Part shown: piece after piece, positions 34,371 through 46,632 of the stretch
How positions within the stretch are numbered: the stretch's first letter is position 1
Layout of the letters: every line of letters begins with the position of its first letter
Source of the DNA: Amoebophrya sp. A120
Lineage: Eukaryota > Protista > Dinoflagellata
Direction: 5' to 3'
Assembly: GCA_905178155.1 (NCBI GenBank)
Contig: CAJINV010000006.1
Coordinates: 1,067,516-1,115,826, forward strand
DNA length: 48,311 nucleotides
Program-made: the position numbers and the translations under genes
Notes under the pieces: model-generated
The model's database searches: none
What the model was told of the DNA's origin: nothing
What the model saw: only the letters and a program-made list of their open reading frames with translations

Positions 34371-36930
34371 TTTCCCGCTTGTGCACCTCAGAACAAGGTC
34401 ACGCTTTTGCATCTTCGTGGTAGGCTACCTAGCGGGTTCGCCGGGCATCTTCATGCTCTTGCATCTTCATGCTCTTGCATCTTAGCGGGTTCGCCGGGCC
34501 CGGGGGGGCGGGGGGGCTGTCGCCCGCAAGGAAGCGACGGCGGATTACCTTACGGGGGATCTAGATGGAACAAAGGGGCGCCCCCCAAAGTGGGGCAGTA
34601 GCATCGGGGGAAGGGCTTGCTAAGCTGGAACCGCGGTCGGCCGCGTGGGCGGCCAAAAGGTGCGCCAAAAACGCAGCCTCCCACCGGGGGAAGGTGTAAA
34701 AATGGTGATTTTCGCGTCCATGGGCCCATTGGTATCCGAAAAGTGAGAGTTTTTTTGTGTCGCGAATCCACCCGTTACGCTTGCGAAAAAGTAGCGAACT
34801 TGTTGGACCCTCCGTGGGTCCGCAGTAACATCGTCTTTCGCAAGAAAAAAATGAAAAAATGAAAAAAAAAATCGCCCATTTGTAAAGGGCCTTGCGCTCA
34901 ATCCGAAATTTGTCAGGCCGCCAAACACGGCGGCATGGTGAAAGCGTACTCAGTGTATAGTCGTGCTTGGGGGTGTGATGTTTTGCCATTTTTGGGACAG
35001 AGGCCTCCGCCTGATCAAGCGGATTCTCGTCGTGTTTGAGGTGCAAAAGCGCCGCCCACAAAAATGCAAGAAATGAAAAAAAAAAGCTCAAACGAAAACA
35101 AGCAAAAACCACACGACCGCCATATCGTGCGGGGTAACATTAGGCGCGACGGTATGGCGCGCCACGCCAGTTTTTGGATTCTCGCGCGACCGTCCCCGCG
35201 CAGCCCGAGCCCCGCCCGGCCCGCCCCCTGCGGGGGCGCCCTTGATCCGTTCCACTCTTCGCAGCACTCTGGGGCAATTCCTTTCTGGCCCAAGAAGAAG
35301 GCTGTGAAGAACAAGAGCGGAGCGGGGTCGCAGCCGTTGGGCCCAGACCTCGTTATCGCGCGCGGCCGTCGAAATGCGCGCGTCGCGGTTTTTGCTTCGC
35401 AAAACGAAGTGCGCAGCGATTGATCACCGTATCGCCCTCCGGGCGCGACCTTAATATTTCCCGCTTGTGCACCTGAGAACAAGGTCATGCTCTTGCATCT
35501 TCGCGGTAGGCTACCTAAACTCATCCATCGCAAACGCAGCGCGAACGCAGCGCGAAGGCTTTGCCGTTGCCATATGGGAGGGACTCGGGAGTATGCAATC
35601 ACTCGCAAAGTCGGGCATTTCTAAGTGTGTTTTGCCTTCAGAAAGCGGATCGGCGGGAATTTATGTGAATTTTGTCGAAAGCAGCCGAAACAGCAATTAC
35701 CAAGCGGGAAGAGGGTAAAAAAGAGCAGTTTTGCTGCTCCGCCCGGTCTGAATCTGAAAAAAGAGAGTGGCATTTTCGGCTAGGGTCGATGGTGTGATGC
35801 GTTTCATAGCGGAAATTGCGTCACTTCCGGGCAGCTCCAGCCGCTTAAAAATTGAAAAAAAGTGCTTAAAAAGTGTGATTTTTCGCAGCATGCAAGCAGC
35901 CGACAAAATTTACCGATTTTCTGCAGTCCCCGGGAAGTGCTTAGAAATTGAAAAAAAAGACGAGAAAAGTTACATTTTTCGCAGCGTGGAAGCGGGCAAC
36001 AAAATTTGCCGATTTTCTCCAGTCCCCGGAAAACGCTTGGAAATTGAAAACGACAATTTTCGCTGGAAAAGCAAAAGCCGCTTAAAAATTGCCGCTCAAA
36101 AGGGGTTCGCAAAATTTTCCGCAGGCCCGTACCACTGGGATTGGACGAAGAGAAACCAATTATCAGCAAGCCTGTGGAGGTGTGTCACACGGGCACGGTT
36201 TTCGGCCTCTCTGAAGTCGCAAACTGGAACCCTTCCCCCGCTTGGAAAAGCCCGATCTGGGTGGCCCAAAAGGCCAGCCGATAGATGAGCGCTATGGCAT
36301 AGTGGCCCTCAGAGAAGGCTACTTTGTTCCAAGGGGCATCGAAAGGATGCCCCGCTGCGAAATAGCAGACCGGATTTCGCCTTCAATGCTTATCGCAGGA
36401 GCCTGCGGGCCGCCGCGGGCTCCACCACTTCCCCGCGGCCCCAGTTTGTCATGCAGGGGGCGAGAAAGGATGCCCCGCTGCGAAGGCGGATGGGGGGGGG
36501 TCCGGGGGGGGCTTGCCCCCCCGGCCAGATACCTTCCGGGCCAGGTGGTCAGTTTGTGATGCAGGGGGCGAGAAAGGAGGCCCCGCTGCGAAATAGCAGA
36601 CCGGATTTCGCCTTCAAAGCTTATCGCAGGAGCCTACGGGCCGCCGCGGGCGACAGTAGTTGTCCGCGGCCCAAGGGCCGCGAGCACAACTGCGGCCCGC
36701 GACCCAAGAAGAAGAAGTGGGAATCTAGAAATTAAAAAGAAAATGGCGAAAGCGCAGCCCGCGGGCCGCGGCGATGTTACAAAAAGGTAGGTGGGCCTTC
36801 GCGCTGGTTAGATTTTCGCGCACGCATTTGGTTACCAATATCGCCCTCCGGGCGCGACCTTAATATTTCCCGCTTGTGCACCTGAGAACAAGGTCATGCT
36901 CTTGCATCTTCGTGGTAGGTTACCTAAACT
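34371..36930. repeat. Repeat-rich non-coding region with a three-copy 61-92-bp direct repeat and internal duplications
   Basis: Copies at 34371-34431, 35430-35521, 36839-36930; ~100-bp tandem units 35850-36050; duplication ~36343-36420 / ~36575-36650. Confidence 0.8.
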
Positions 36931-37035
36931 TTCTCATTCTGGCTGCACAGCCGCGTTGACATAAAAACTTCCTCAGATATTGTTGATTCCTGCTCTGCAG
37001 TTGGTACAGCCCGAATCCATTTTTTCAAGTCACGT

Positions 37036-38085
37036 TAGACCAGAAAATCGGAAGAAGTGCATACTTTTTCGCGCACCCGCTGGCATGGCGGGCCGCTTTC
37101 GTTTCGCTCCGGGGGTGGTGGGGTGCCCCGACAACACACCCGGCCCGAGAACCTCGCTGCGCCATGCAGCGGCGCGGGCGTTGTGGCTTGTTAAAGAGAG
37201 CCGGGGTGGCCTCCCGGCCTCCAAGCCTGCCAAGAGCGAGAAGCGCCGCCCCGCCGAGCGGCCTCTCCGCGGGCCCATCCCTGTCGGGCCGGTGCGCCGC
37301 CGCCATGTTTTTGGCCGGAACTGCATGGGCCTGCTCGCCGTACCGGAGGGGCCGGCCCTTGAAGCAGTAGGGCGCGCGCCCCTCAGGTGGGGCCTGCTTC
37401 GGCCCCAACAGCCGCCCGCCCCTCAAGTGGGGGGCAGGGAAGGGGGGGCCCGGAAGGCGCGCGCGCCCCCCCCTTCTGGGGGGGGGGGGGGTAAAAAGGG
37501 GGCCGAATTGGGCCAATTCTATCCCCTCTTTTAGGGGGGGGCAAAAAATGGCCTTCCCCCGATGCTCAGGGGGGAGCAAAATGAACAGAATCCGGCTCAT
37601 TTTACCCCCCCCCTAAAAAGGGGGGGCGAATCATTTCAATTCAGCCCCCCTCTTTACCGCCCCCCCCCCCCCGGCAGGGGGAGGCGCGCGCGCCTTTCAG
37701 GGGGCCGGCAGTTCACCCGGCGGCCGGGGGCCCCGGAAGGGAAAGGGCGCGCCCGGCCGCAGCAAAGGCGCGAGCTTTCCGGGCTGTGCAGGGCTTCGCC
37801 TTGGGGCCCCGGAATGCACGCCGCGTCGGCTGTGTGTCCCCGACGTGGGCCCCGCGCGGGGGCGGGTGGCGAAGTGCTGGCTGCGTGCCGTCACCTTCCT
37901 AACTACGCCAGGCCGACCCGCCCCGGTTCCGGCCGCGCAGCCGCAATGCCGGAGGCTAATTTTTCCGGGATAAAGCAGCCCGGAACGCGGTCGCGACTTC
38001 GCACCCCCCGACTTCATTCCGCCCACGACCCCCATTGCAAGGGGATGCGCAAAAAAACATGTACTTCTTCCGATTTTCTGGTCTA
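37036..38085. mobile_element. Non-autonomous fold-back DNA transposon (MITE-like)
   Basis: Perfect 23-bp TIR TAGACCAGAAAATCGGAAGAAGT, extending imperfectly; inner ~100-bp inverted repeat ~37454-37696; no credible ORF. Confidence 0.8.
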
Positions 38086-38336
38086 GTCACACTTTTGTAT
38101 GTTGATGCTATTCACTTTGACCTCCTGAAGAAAAGATGATTAAAAAGTCCCCATTTATTGAGCACGAATTTGATTGAATTTGAAAATTTGTTTCCATATT
38201 ATCAGACCGCCTAAATATTCAAGAACATCATGGCAAGCCAATGTGACAAAAGTGCACACCAGCAGTACAAACGGCACTACGTACATCACACTGACCATGT
38301 CGCCGCTAGTGTAGTTCTGTTCCAAGTAAAAACCCG

Positions 38337-41300
38337 ATGAGGATGATGAAATTCTGTCTCCTTCTTGCCTCCTACCACCAGGGCGGCGGAGGCGGACCAC
38401 TTTTCGCCGGCGCGGTGTGGGATCGATTGTTTGGCCGGGAAGATGAAGATGGTTTCTTAGGGCCAGCACATGATGTTCCTGCTCCTCGAGAGCAGAAGAA
38501 GGACTTGACGTTGAGCGGAGGAGAATCTTCTACTTTCGCCACGACTTCTAGTTCTGCCACGACTTCTAGTTTCGCCGGAGACGAGCACAAGACCAGTTCG
38601 TCGCCCTCTCTCTTGACGACCGATGCGCAGGCGGCAGCGGCCAGTCTTCCTGGTGCGCACGACCAGAAGATGTTGAAGAAGTATCGGCTGCGGGGATCGA
38701 AAAATCAACACTTCTTGGAGGACAACGCCGCTAGTACAACTTCTTCCCAGGACCACGACGGGCACAATATCGAGATGGACGGTTTCAATACCGCGGCCGC
38801 GGGAGCGCTGCAGACGCAGACCACTTCTGCGGATAAAGATCCTGCTGATGAAATAGAAAACCAGGAACAAATTATAGCGCCAAACACGTCGAAAGAGAAC
38901 ACGAACCCAGGTGCAGCAGCTACCGGGAAGGGCGTTCTTGAGCGCAAAAGTTCCAAGCACAAGAACCACGGGGACCACTTCTACACGAGCACAACAGGAG
39001 CGAAGTACAACGAACAACCGGCGGAAGTACAAGTAGACGGGCAACATCAACCCGAAGCTCCTGCAGCTGCGTTCCTGAACACCAGGGTTACAAGTACAAC
39101 TGTGGCCGATGATGACACACCTCCTCCTCGTCCCCCATCTCATACTATGTTGAAGTCGAAAACGCCCCCGGCCCCGGCCTCCCCGCACAGCTTATCAACC
39201 AGAACCACGAGGACTACACTGCAGCCTCAAGAAGTTCTTGTCGGAGCTCCTGTTGCAGTGCTACCACAGCACGACGATATTAACACAGGCTCGGCTTCAT
39301 CGTCGTTTTTGGGTCGTCGTTGTTTCGGTGATGGGGGCGGATGTGGTGGTAGTCAACAAGCTCCTCCAGCAGGCGCTCCCCCGCCGGCGCCCAGGGCGCC
39401 TGGTACAACTCCTACGCCGAAAAATTTGAATCAGAACCAGCAACAATCCACAACTCCTGTTGCTGTTGTATGGCGTTCTCAAACGTTACATTCTGAACTG
39501 TTACGTGGATTTGTAATGCAAGAACAGCAACAGTGAAACAGGCAAGATTGCAGCTTTCGCATCACAGATTTTCCACAGATCATCATGCTGCTTAGCGCTT
39601 CAAAAATTTGTCATGCTAAGCACGTTGATCAAGTGGAGGGTGGTGGCAGTTTTGCATGACAAATCCGTGTAACAGTTGAGAACGTAACACTTGAGAACGC
39701 CATATGTTGCGGGAGCACCAGGCCTTCCGCTTGCACCGGGAGGTGCTGGCGGTGTCCTCTCGTCTTCCGGGGGTGATCCTGGCGCCCCTGGTGCAACCCG
39801 GCAACCCCTGTTGCAGAGCAGTGCAGCGCAAGTGCCTGCGCCAGCAGGTAGCGCAACTTCAGCGCAACCATTACTGCAGAGCAGTGCAACTACAGCCCCG
39901 CTTGCGCCCGGACCTCCTCCTGGTGGGAGTCTTCAACCTCCGCCCCCAGAGGCGAGGACGATGTTGACCACCAGAACGTCGGTCCAACAGCGCGCCGAGG
40001 GCGGACTCCCACCTCCAACCACAACTGTGCCAAGCAGTGCGACAACTACGGGTGCTGCCCCGCTTGCAACAAGTGCAACTTTTGGTGACTCCTCTACTTC
40101 CACTGCGTTGCGACCTCCCGGACCACCGTTCGCGCCCTCGGGCGGCGGGGGCGCGGAATCGGTCTATCAACCGGGAATAGGCCCTACCCAGCGTGTAGTT
40201 GGAGTTGCAACTGGACCTGGAGCAGGCGGATCGCCACCTCTGGCGACGACTACATTGACGGCTCCTGGCGCACCTGCTCCGCCCGTGCCGACCACGACGA
40301 CGATGACCACTCCGTCCGGTGTTGTACCCGAAGGTCCGCCCCCCGGTGGTGATGTGGGCACCAGCTCGGGTGGTCGAGGTGGGACGACCGCAGTTGATGC
40401 TGGTCCTGATGTTGAGAAAGCACCTGAACTACAACCACTACCTGTTAAGGTTTTGCGCCCCGAGGACTGGTCTCTGGCGGAAATGCAAAATACACTGCCT
40501 CAAGGAGACAGCAAAGCAAAGGAGATGCTTATTCCAGAGCAAAAACAATTGAGCCCACGACTAACGAGGACCCTAGAGTCGGTTACAGTTCAACATGAAT
40601 ATTATCGCATACATGGTTGTGGTTCTACTTTCGTGGTTTGATAACCACGAATGTAGAACCAGCATATATCTTCCAGTAATACGCATGACAATCAAGTAGA
40701 AGTACAAGAACAGGTCTCCTGGGGTCGTCATCGTCAATGGCCATGAGGCTACTTTCTTTCTCCTAGCATATACGATGCGGAAATCGCTAAAGCGGACGTA
40801 CGCACGAAAATTTTGGTGGAAAATGTGATGGGCTGGAAGCTTTCTACCTCGCCAGATCAACCTTCACCGGAAGGTCTTTCGACTGGTGCAACAACTACTG
40901 GCGAAGCAAGCGATGATCCGAAGACAACGACCGTCCGCGTCCGCAAGTGTTATCAAGATACGAAGATCAGTATCCTGTGTGAAAACGTCCCCACCCCGCA
41001 GTCAAGATGGGAAATTTGCTAGACAAATCCACAAGTTTTGGGACTAGCGCATGACAAGTTTGGGGACGCAGCATAGTCCTGCCTAGGTACTTGTTAGCCG
41101 CGACGCATTACAGCTCCACTCATCTCTTATCCTGATTCGCGCATGACAGATTACCAAACACGAGCAGAAAATGCCCGTCATGCTGAGCCGCATGATAGAT
41201 GTTTCTGGGCATACAGATTTGCACGACAACTTCTTTGGATTGGGGACGTTTTTTCTCTGGATATGCAAGGGTGTTGGTCCGAGCAATTTCATCGAACATT

Positions 41301-44300
41301 TCTTCGTGACATTTGACCTTCCGGACGGCACGGAGTGGACGTCCGAGTATGGTCCGAACGGCGGCGTGGATATGGATTCTGCAAACATGTCCTCTGGGTC
41401 ATCATATTGTTGAAGGGTCGTCCACCAGGTTTGTCATGCTTGGCCAGTATGACTTGTCTCAACGATCTGTGATGCACGTTCTTACCCAAAAACCGCAGCT
41501 CCTTGCTGTCATGCACAAAACAAAGCGGTTTGCCATGCAGAAAGGGCACCAGTACCACCTAGCGCCCCAAAGCATTTATTATGCTTGGTTGTGAATCTGA
41601 ATGGAGGCGTCCTCATGACTGTCCCACCCGCATCACAAGTTTCCAGACTCCGACATGTTTGCACTTGATCGCGGACACCTATGAGAGCAGGAAGGACAAT
41701 CGGAGGCTCGCGAGATTGAGTTATTTCATGTGCAAGCATTATATTAAACAAGTATCGAGTACTCGGACTCGGACAATGAATTGCGGTTGCGCATGACAAA
41801 TCTAACTTTCCACCTTAATATGCTCCAGCATGAAAAATTGCATTTTTCTTCGATCATCTTGTTCTACAACGTACTTCGGAAATGAAATTCGTACGTGCAA
41901 TTCATTGCTACGAAAAGTAAAAAGTACTTAGTGCGCTACTTTTGCGATGCATAGGAGTGGCCTATCAGATGATACTGGGCAGGCCCCTTTAGACGATGCT
42001 GCGTGGGAGAATTTCAAGCAACAGGACCGGGATTTCCAGGCCAGACAAGATGAGTTCGGTGTGCAAGACTGGGGAGACTACATGGCAGCGTATCGGGCCC
42101 TTGGCAAACAAGATCCCGCCATATGCCTAAAAATGCAAATATGTCTGAATCTGGAAGAGCGCACTTGTTTATTGTCATGCATCTTCTCGTGGACCAAGCA
42201 AGAGCAACCAGATGGACTGGAAGACTAGATACACAGAGAAGCATGACAGATTCTTGCACAGGAGCTTCCTAATGCCCAATCTGCATGTTGAGAAATTCGC
42301 TCTATGCGTACAACTAGCAAGAAAAAATAATGTGGGTATCTCTTGGCAAGACCAAGAGATATTTGTCTGTTCATCCAGACACATCAGACTTGGCAAGACA
42401 CGTGGCAGTGTAATTTCAGACACCATGATTGGGATATTTGCACTGGATACGCCGGCGAAGCGAAAAACCAATATAAATCGCCGTGGTTGTGTGCGTTTCA
42501 GAAAGGCGCTGTCCAAAAGGTCGCGAAAGCCTGGAGAAACGACAAGAGCACACTTTTGCAGACCGGAATCAGCGCTTTGATTGAGCCGGTCTGGGAAAAC
42601 TTCGAATTCGAAGTTATGGGGCTGAACAATGGATATCAAGAGGAAAAATCCCCCCTCCCCATATCGAAATGGAAATCTGTGATGCAGGATTTGTGCACAC
42701 AAATCGGATTTGTCCTGCGGTAGAGGACTGCAGACAGATACAAAGCCCGGAAAGGGGCGGCTTGGGGTAGGCACTTAGCATGGCAGACGTCTGCCCTAGT
42801 AGCGTAGCAGCATCACAAATCGCCTGCGAAATGCAGCGGAAGCCCTGGCTTTGCTCTCTTGCAGGATAGACTACATCTGTGGCGACAAATCAGCATCACA
42901 AATTTTGAAAAGCGCGCCTTTTCGATATGGGGAGGGGGGATTTTTCCTCACAATAATGGCGAAGAATTAAAGAAGCGCCTCAACCAGCTCGCCGTTGCGA
43001 CCGGTTTCGTCGCGGGAGAATACAGCGCTCTTCGGCCATACGGCAAGAACTGTCAAACGTGGACGAACGAAGTGGCTAACGCCCTCCGGACGCAGAACGA
43101 TTACGAGTTGAACGTGAGCCAAAAGTCTCGGTTTTGGCCCGGTGGTTCTCGCCTCCGGACGGGAAAGGATTTTTCGGACCCAGAACAAGGCCCAAATTAC
43201 TTGGTGGAAACGCGAGCCCCGGAGCTGGAAAAGAAGCTCTACGCGTTCCGGGTATGATATTGATAATGCACATAGGTCTGGGTCTAAATAAAGAATTGAA
43301 CAACTTGTGATGCGAATTTTGCCGGACACAAAAATCTGTGTTGCATGAGCACCAATAGTTGTTCATTTCTCGCAACGCAAAAAGCCGATTTCCCATGCAG
43401 AAAAGGCATGATAGGACGGCATGTGCACAACTTGTAATGCGCTTGTCCGCATTCCAGGCCACAACCACATATGTGGTTCAGAACACGCATGGCAAACAGT
43501 CGTGTCGAAGTCTTTCAGACCCAGACATGTTTGCACATTCGATATCGGGAGCTATGAAATGCAAAAATGTCTGGGTCTGGAAGGATCCGAACTTGCGATG
43601 CGCATTTTAGAACACAGAAAAATCTCTCATGCATGGGTAGCAAAAGCTGCCGACTTTTTGCCACCAAAATGGGGGATTTCTCATGCGGATTCGGCATTGC
43701 GGAAGCTTCTCGAAACCTGTGATGCTAGAGCCTCCATGCCAGACCTTCTGTGTCATGCAAAAACAGCATGACTCTTCCAGACCCAGACATTTTTACATTT
43801 GATAGGAGCGCCTACGCAACAAGAGCTGTGAGCCGGGAATGGACCCGCGGAAAAAAGAGGCGTACATCTCGCTGTTTGCTATTCCACGAAAAAAACGTTG
43901 TTAGTGTAAATTAGTGATGCGCAACATGCAAGATGATTGCGTCCGTCATGCTTGGCATGCATTGCAGGGTCCATGAACAAAGGGCGTTCTTACGTACTAT
44001 CTGCGCATGACAGGTTTTTGCTGTCATGCCAGACAGATTTGTAATGCTGTTCCTCCAAAAAAGTGACAATTACAATGTTTTTTTCTTGGATATTCGCCTA
44101 CCACAGTCTCTTGCTCAAATTCTGGATACAAGAAGTGGACACTCTCTTGCAGAAACATGGACTTTAGGCACTGCAAAAGGTTCTTCGTACTTACTCGTAG
44201 AAGTCGTAGTTGTGATTCTTGCAAGAAGTATGCATTATGCAACAAGTTTCATCTACTTCCTAGAGGTAAAAAATATGCATTGCGCCTTGCATTTCTCATG

Positions 44301-44773
44301 CTGAGAAAATTTGTTAAAGCAATCCCATACCCATAGTACGACCACGATCTCGAAATGATCTCGATGCCTTTGCAGTGCATAAAGGTGACGCGCTTCGCAA
44401 ACGGAACGCAAACGCTGAAATCGCGAAAATTTCCATCCAAGCCGAGTGCCCACCACCCAGGCGTATCAAATGTAAAAATGTCTGGGTCTGGAAGATTGCC
44501 AGGTTTGTCATGCATATTTTGAATGACCCAGGATCGATCTGTGATGCATGCCTTAGCATCACAGATTTTCAGAGGACTTTGTGATGTAGTCTCTACCGCA
44601 TGAGAAATGCCCTCGTCTTCACGGAGCACAAACTGGAGTTGTCCTTTTGCTGGTCATGCAATACAAATTTTTTTAGAATCCAGAGACAGCATGACAAGTT
44701 TGAAATCTTCCAGAGGACCCAGACATTTTTACGTTTGATAAGGCGAGTCGGTCACCTATATCCTGGACACTAA
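38337..44773 (+). CDS. Gene 4: putative secreted protein with long low-complexity N-terminus and a permuted papain-like (PPPDE/DeSI-like) thiol peptidase domain
   Basis: Signal-like MMKFCLLLASY; Thr/Pro/Ala-rich exons 38337-39468 and 39710-~40600; then ~40771-40970, 41269-41370 (IEHFFVTF...SEYG), 41676-41721, 41959-42121, 42455-42633, 42961-43252 (FVAGEYSALRPYGKNCQTWTNEV), 43550-43552, 43810-43879, 44098-44164, 44387-44463, 44746-44773. Junction at 40600-40770 unresolved. Confidence 0.65.
39469..39704. mobile_element. Introner family E
   Basis: TIR TATGGCGTTCTCAA; DR TGTTG; joins ORFs 38337 and 39691 in frame. Confidence 0.95.
40971..41263. mobile_element. Introner family C
   Basis: TIRs clear; DR decayed (ATCAG/TGCAA). 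Confidence 0.8.
41371..41670. mobile_element. Introner family A variant (ATC end)
   Basis: DR GTGGA/GCGGA. Confidence 0.8.
41722..41953. mobile_element. Degenerate introner family B
   Basis: DR TGAGT/GGAGT; frame restored. Confidence 0.75.
42122..42449. mobile_element. Degenerate introner family A
   Basis: DR CGCCA/CGCCG. Confidence 0.8.
42634..42955. mobile_element. Introner family G
   Basis: TIR TAT....GAGGAAAAATCCCCCCTCCCCATATCGAAA; DR ATGGA/ATGGC. Confidence 0.9.
43253..43544. mobile_element. Introner family A
   Basis: DR CCGGG/TCGGG. Confidence 0.85.
43553..43804. mobile_element. Introner family A
   Basis: DR GGAGC. Confidence 0.95.
43880..44092. mobile_element. Degenerate introner
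   Basis: TATTCCACGAAAAAAA / TTTTTTTCTTGGATA; DR TTTGC/TTCGC. Confidence 0.75.
44165..44381. mobile_element. Degenerate introner family B (TAG start)
   Basis: TAGGCACTGCAAA / TTTGCAGTGCATA; DR lost, but removing element +5 nt keeps frame. Confidence 0.65.
44464..44740. mobile_element. Introner family A
   Basis: DR AGGCG; similar to 936-1197. Confidence 0.95.
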
Positions 44774-46048
44774 GCAGCTATTGGCCTCGCTCTCCGAACG
44801 CCGATCGTACTGTTCTAGTCCCAGAGCGACCATTTTTTGTGCTTGTGATTTGTCGTTGCACAGTTTGTAATGTCAAGAGTAGAAGACCTCCCTTGCTGCA
44901 GATCCAGCAACGATGGTGGTCTTCTGTTTGTTATGCAAAACCGGCACGGCGCGTGTCGTCCTTGCGATGTATTTTTTTTTTTCGCCGTAGCTTTATATTT
45001 TCTCATTTACATTTTTCGACTTTGATTTTTGGGTACTATCTTCCTTCTTGTTTGAATGAATTAAGATTAACATCTTCATAAAAATGATCCTATATCAGTC
45101 GCGCTTTTGACGATACCGGTAGCCTGCTTAATAATTGCTGAACATGAAAATGTTTGTTTGTATGGTTCATGTGTGCTTTTTCATCTGATTATAGCGCTAC
45201 ACCAAGATCGATGTTGTTAAAGCTACTTGACTTTTTTGATGAAATGCCAGTGCTCTTTTTTTCTGACATTACAGCCGTACTATCGTCTGTGTATCGCTGC
45301 ACCGATGCCGCGTCGTAGAAAATGAATATCAACGTAGTCGGGGAAATCGCATTTGTCCACATCGGTCGCGCTGTGAAGTTCTGGCGCTTTCTTGTTTTTA
45401 GGAAAACATCATGGTCCTGCGCAAATCGGCAAAAAATCGCTATCTCCTTGGTTGTACCACTATATTTCCTCCTCTCTAGTACTAGCACGCAGCTTGTAAG
45501 AATCATGTCGGTTCGAACTCCTAACTACAAGAAGTGCTGTCCCGATCGGTTGTAGTCCATTCGTGCATAGACTTCTCCGAATGGTCAACATCGGTTGCAC
45601 ACGACAAACAGGTGGCTTGCTGTGGTCTTCGGCATCGTCGCACATAAGTTGTACCTAGGTCGCGCGCACTTGCTACCTATCGCCGACGTGATATTAATTT
45701 TAATGCAAGTGCTACTATAATTTCTAAGACCTCGCGTTACCACGAGGCGGTACGTCTTGATTGTCATTTACATCGATCACGTCGACAGGAGGCACCTTGA
45801 ATGTTGAGTCATGTGACAATTTCAATTTGCATATCCACTAATTCCCGCTACTAGCAGATCGTAATTGGATTGTCAATCCGGTTTGAGACCTTTATACAGA
45901 AGGTTGAAGTGTGACCGACATACATTGCCCCGTCACAGAACCAGGAGCAGAAACGAATATTAAATTTAAACCTAGAAAAAAATAATATACAACGACGGTT
46001 CGATCACGATCGTCAACAACTACTTAAGAACAACTACGCTAAAAAACT

Positions 46049-46308
46049 TATCAACACAGTGCGCAACTCCACCCCCTCCCCCTCATTTGTAGTGCATTTC
46101 CAGCAGCGCCAGCAGCAGTAGATGAAACCAATGCAAATCAAATGCGGTCTCTGCATGATATACAAAACCACGCGCTGAGCATAGTGCTAGTGCAGTTTGG
46201 GCTTCCAGAACTTGTGACGCAAGCACAGCCGAAAGGCTCACCTCAGACAGGATTTGGCATTTTTGCATTACAAACGTGGGGCGGGAGGGGAACTTGTGGA
46301 CTCGGATA
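46049..46308. mobile_element. Introner family D upstream of gene 5 (UTR or intergenic)
   Basis: Reverse copy of 17095-17315; DR AAACT/TAACT. Confidence 0.8.
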
Positions 46309-46632
46309 TAACTTTTCCTCTTTCTACAATCAAATAAAAATATCCATATCGACATTGTGTCGACATTCGACTTCTTCCAAGGACCAATAGGCGCTTTTTA
46401 CTTCTTTTCCCTACTACACATCACACTGCCATCTTCTACTTCTTCCTGCACAGAAATAGAAGTTCTTGTAAGCTGCAGCTCATCTACTTTATCTTGCTTC
46501 CACCTCCTGGTGAAGATCCTCAAGCGTGAAGATCAGGCGAAATAGTTGTCTGGCGCTTCTGAGTTGTTGTTCTTCTTGGGCCAACAACATCAAGTAGAGA
46601 ATTTTACAACCAAAAAGAAGTTGTACTAGGCC

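Noticed and set aside
34550-38086. ORFs of 100-200 aa in the GC-rich region
   Set aside because: Overlap inverted and tandem repeats on both strands; no recognisable motifs
44757-45094. Additional terminal introner in gene 4
   Set aside because: TIR and DR (TCACC/TCAGT) too weak to support
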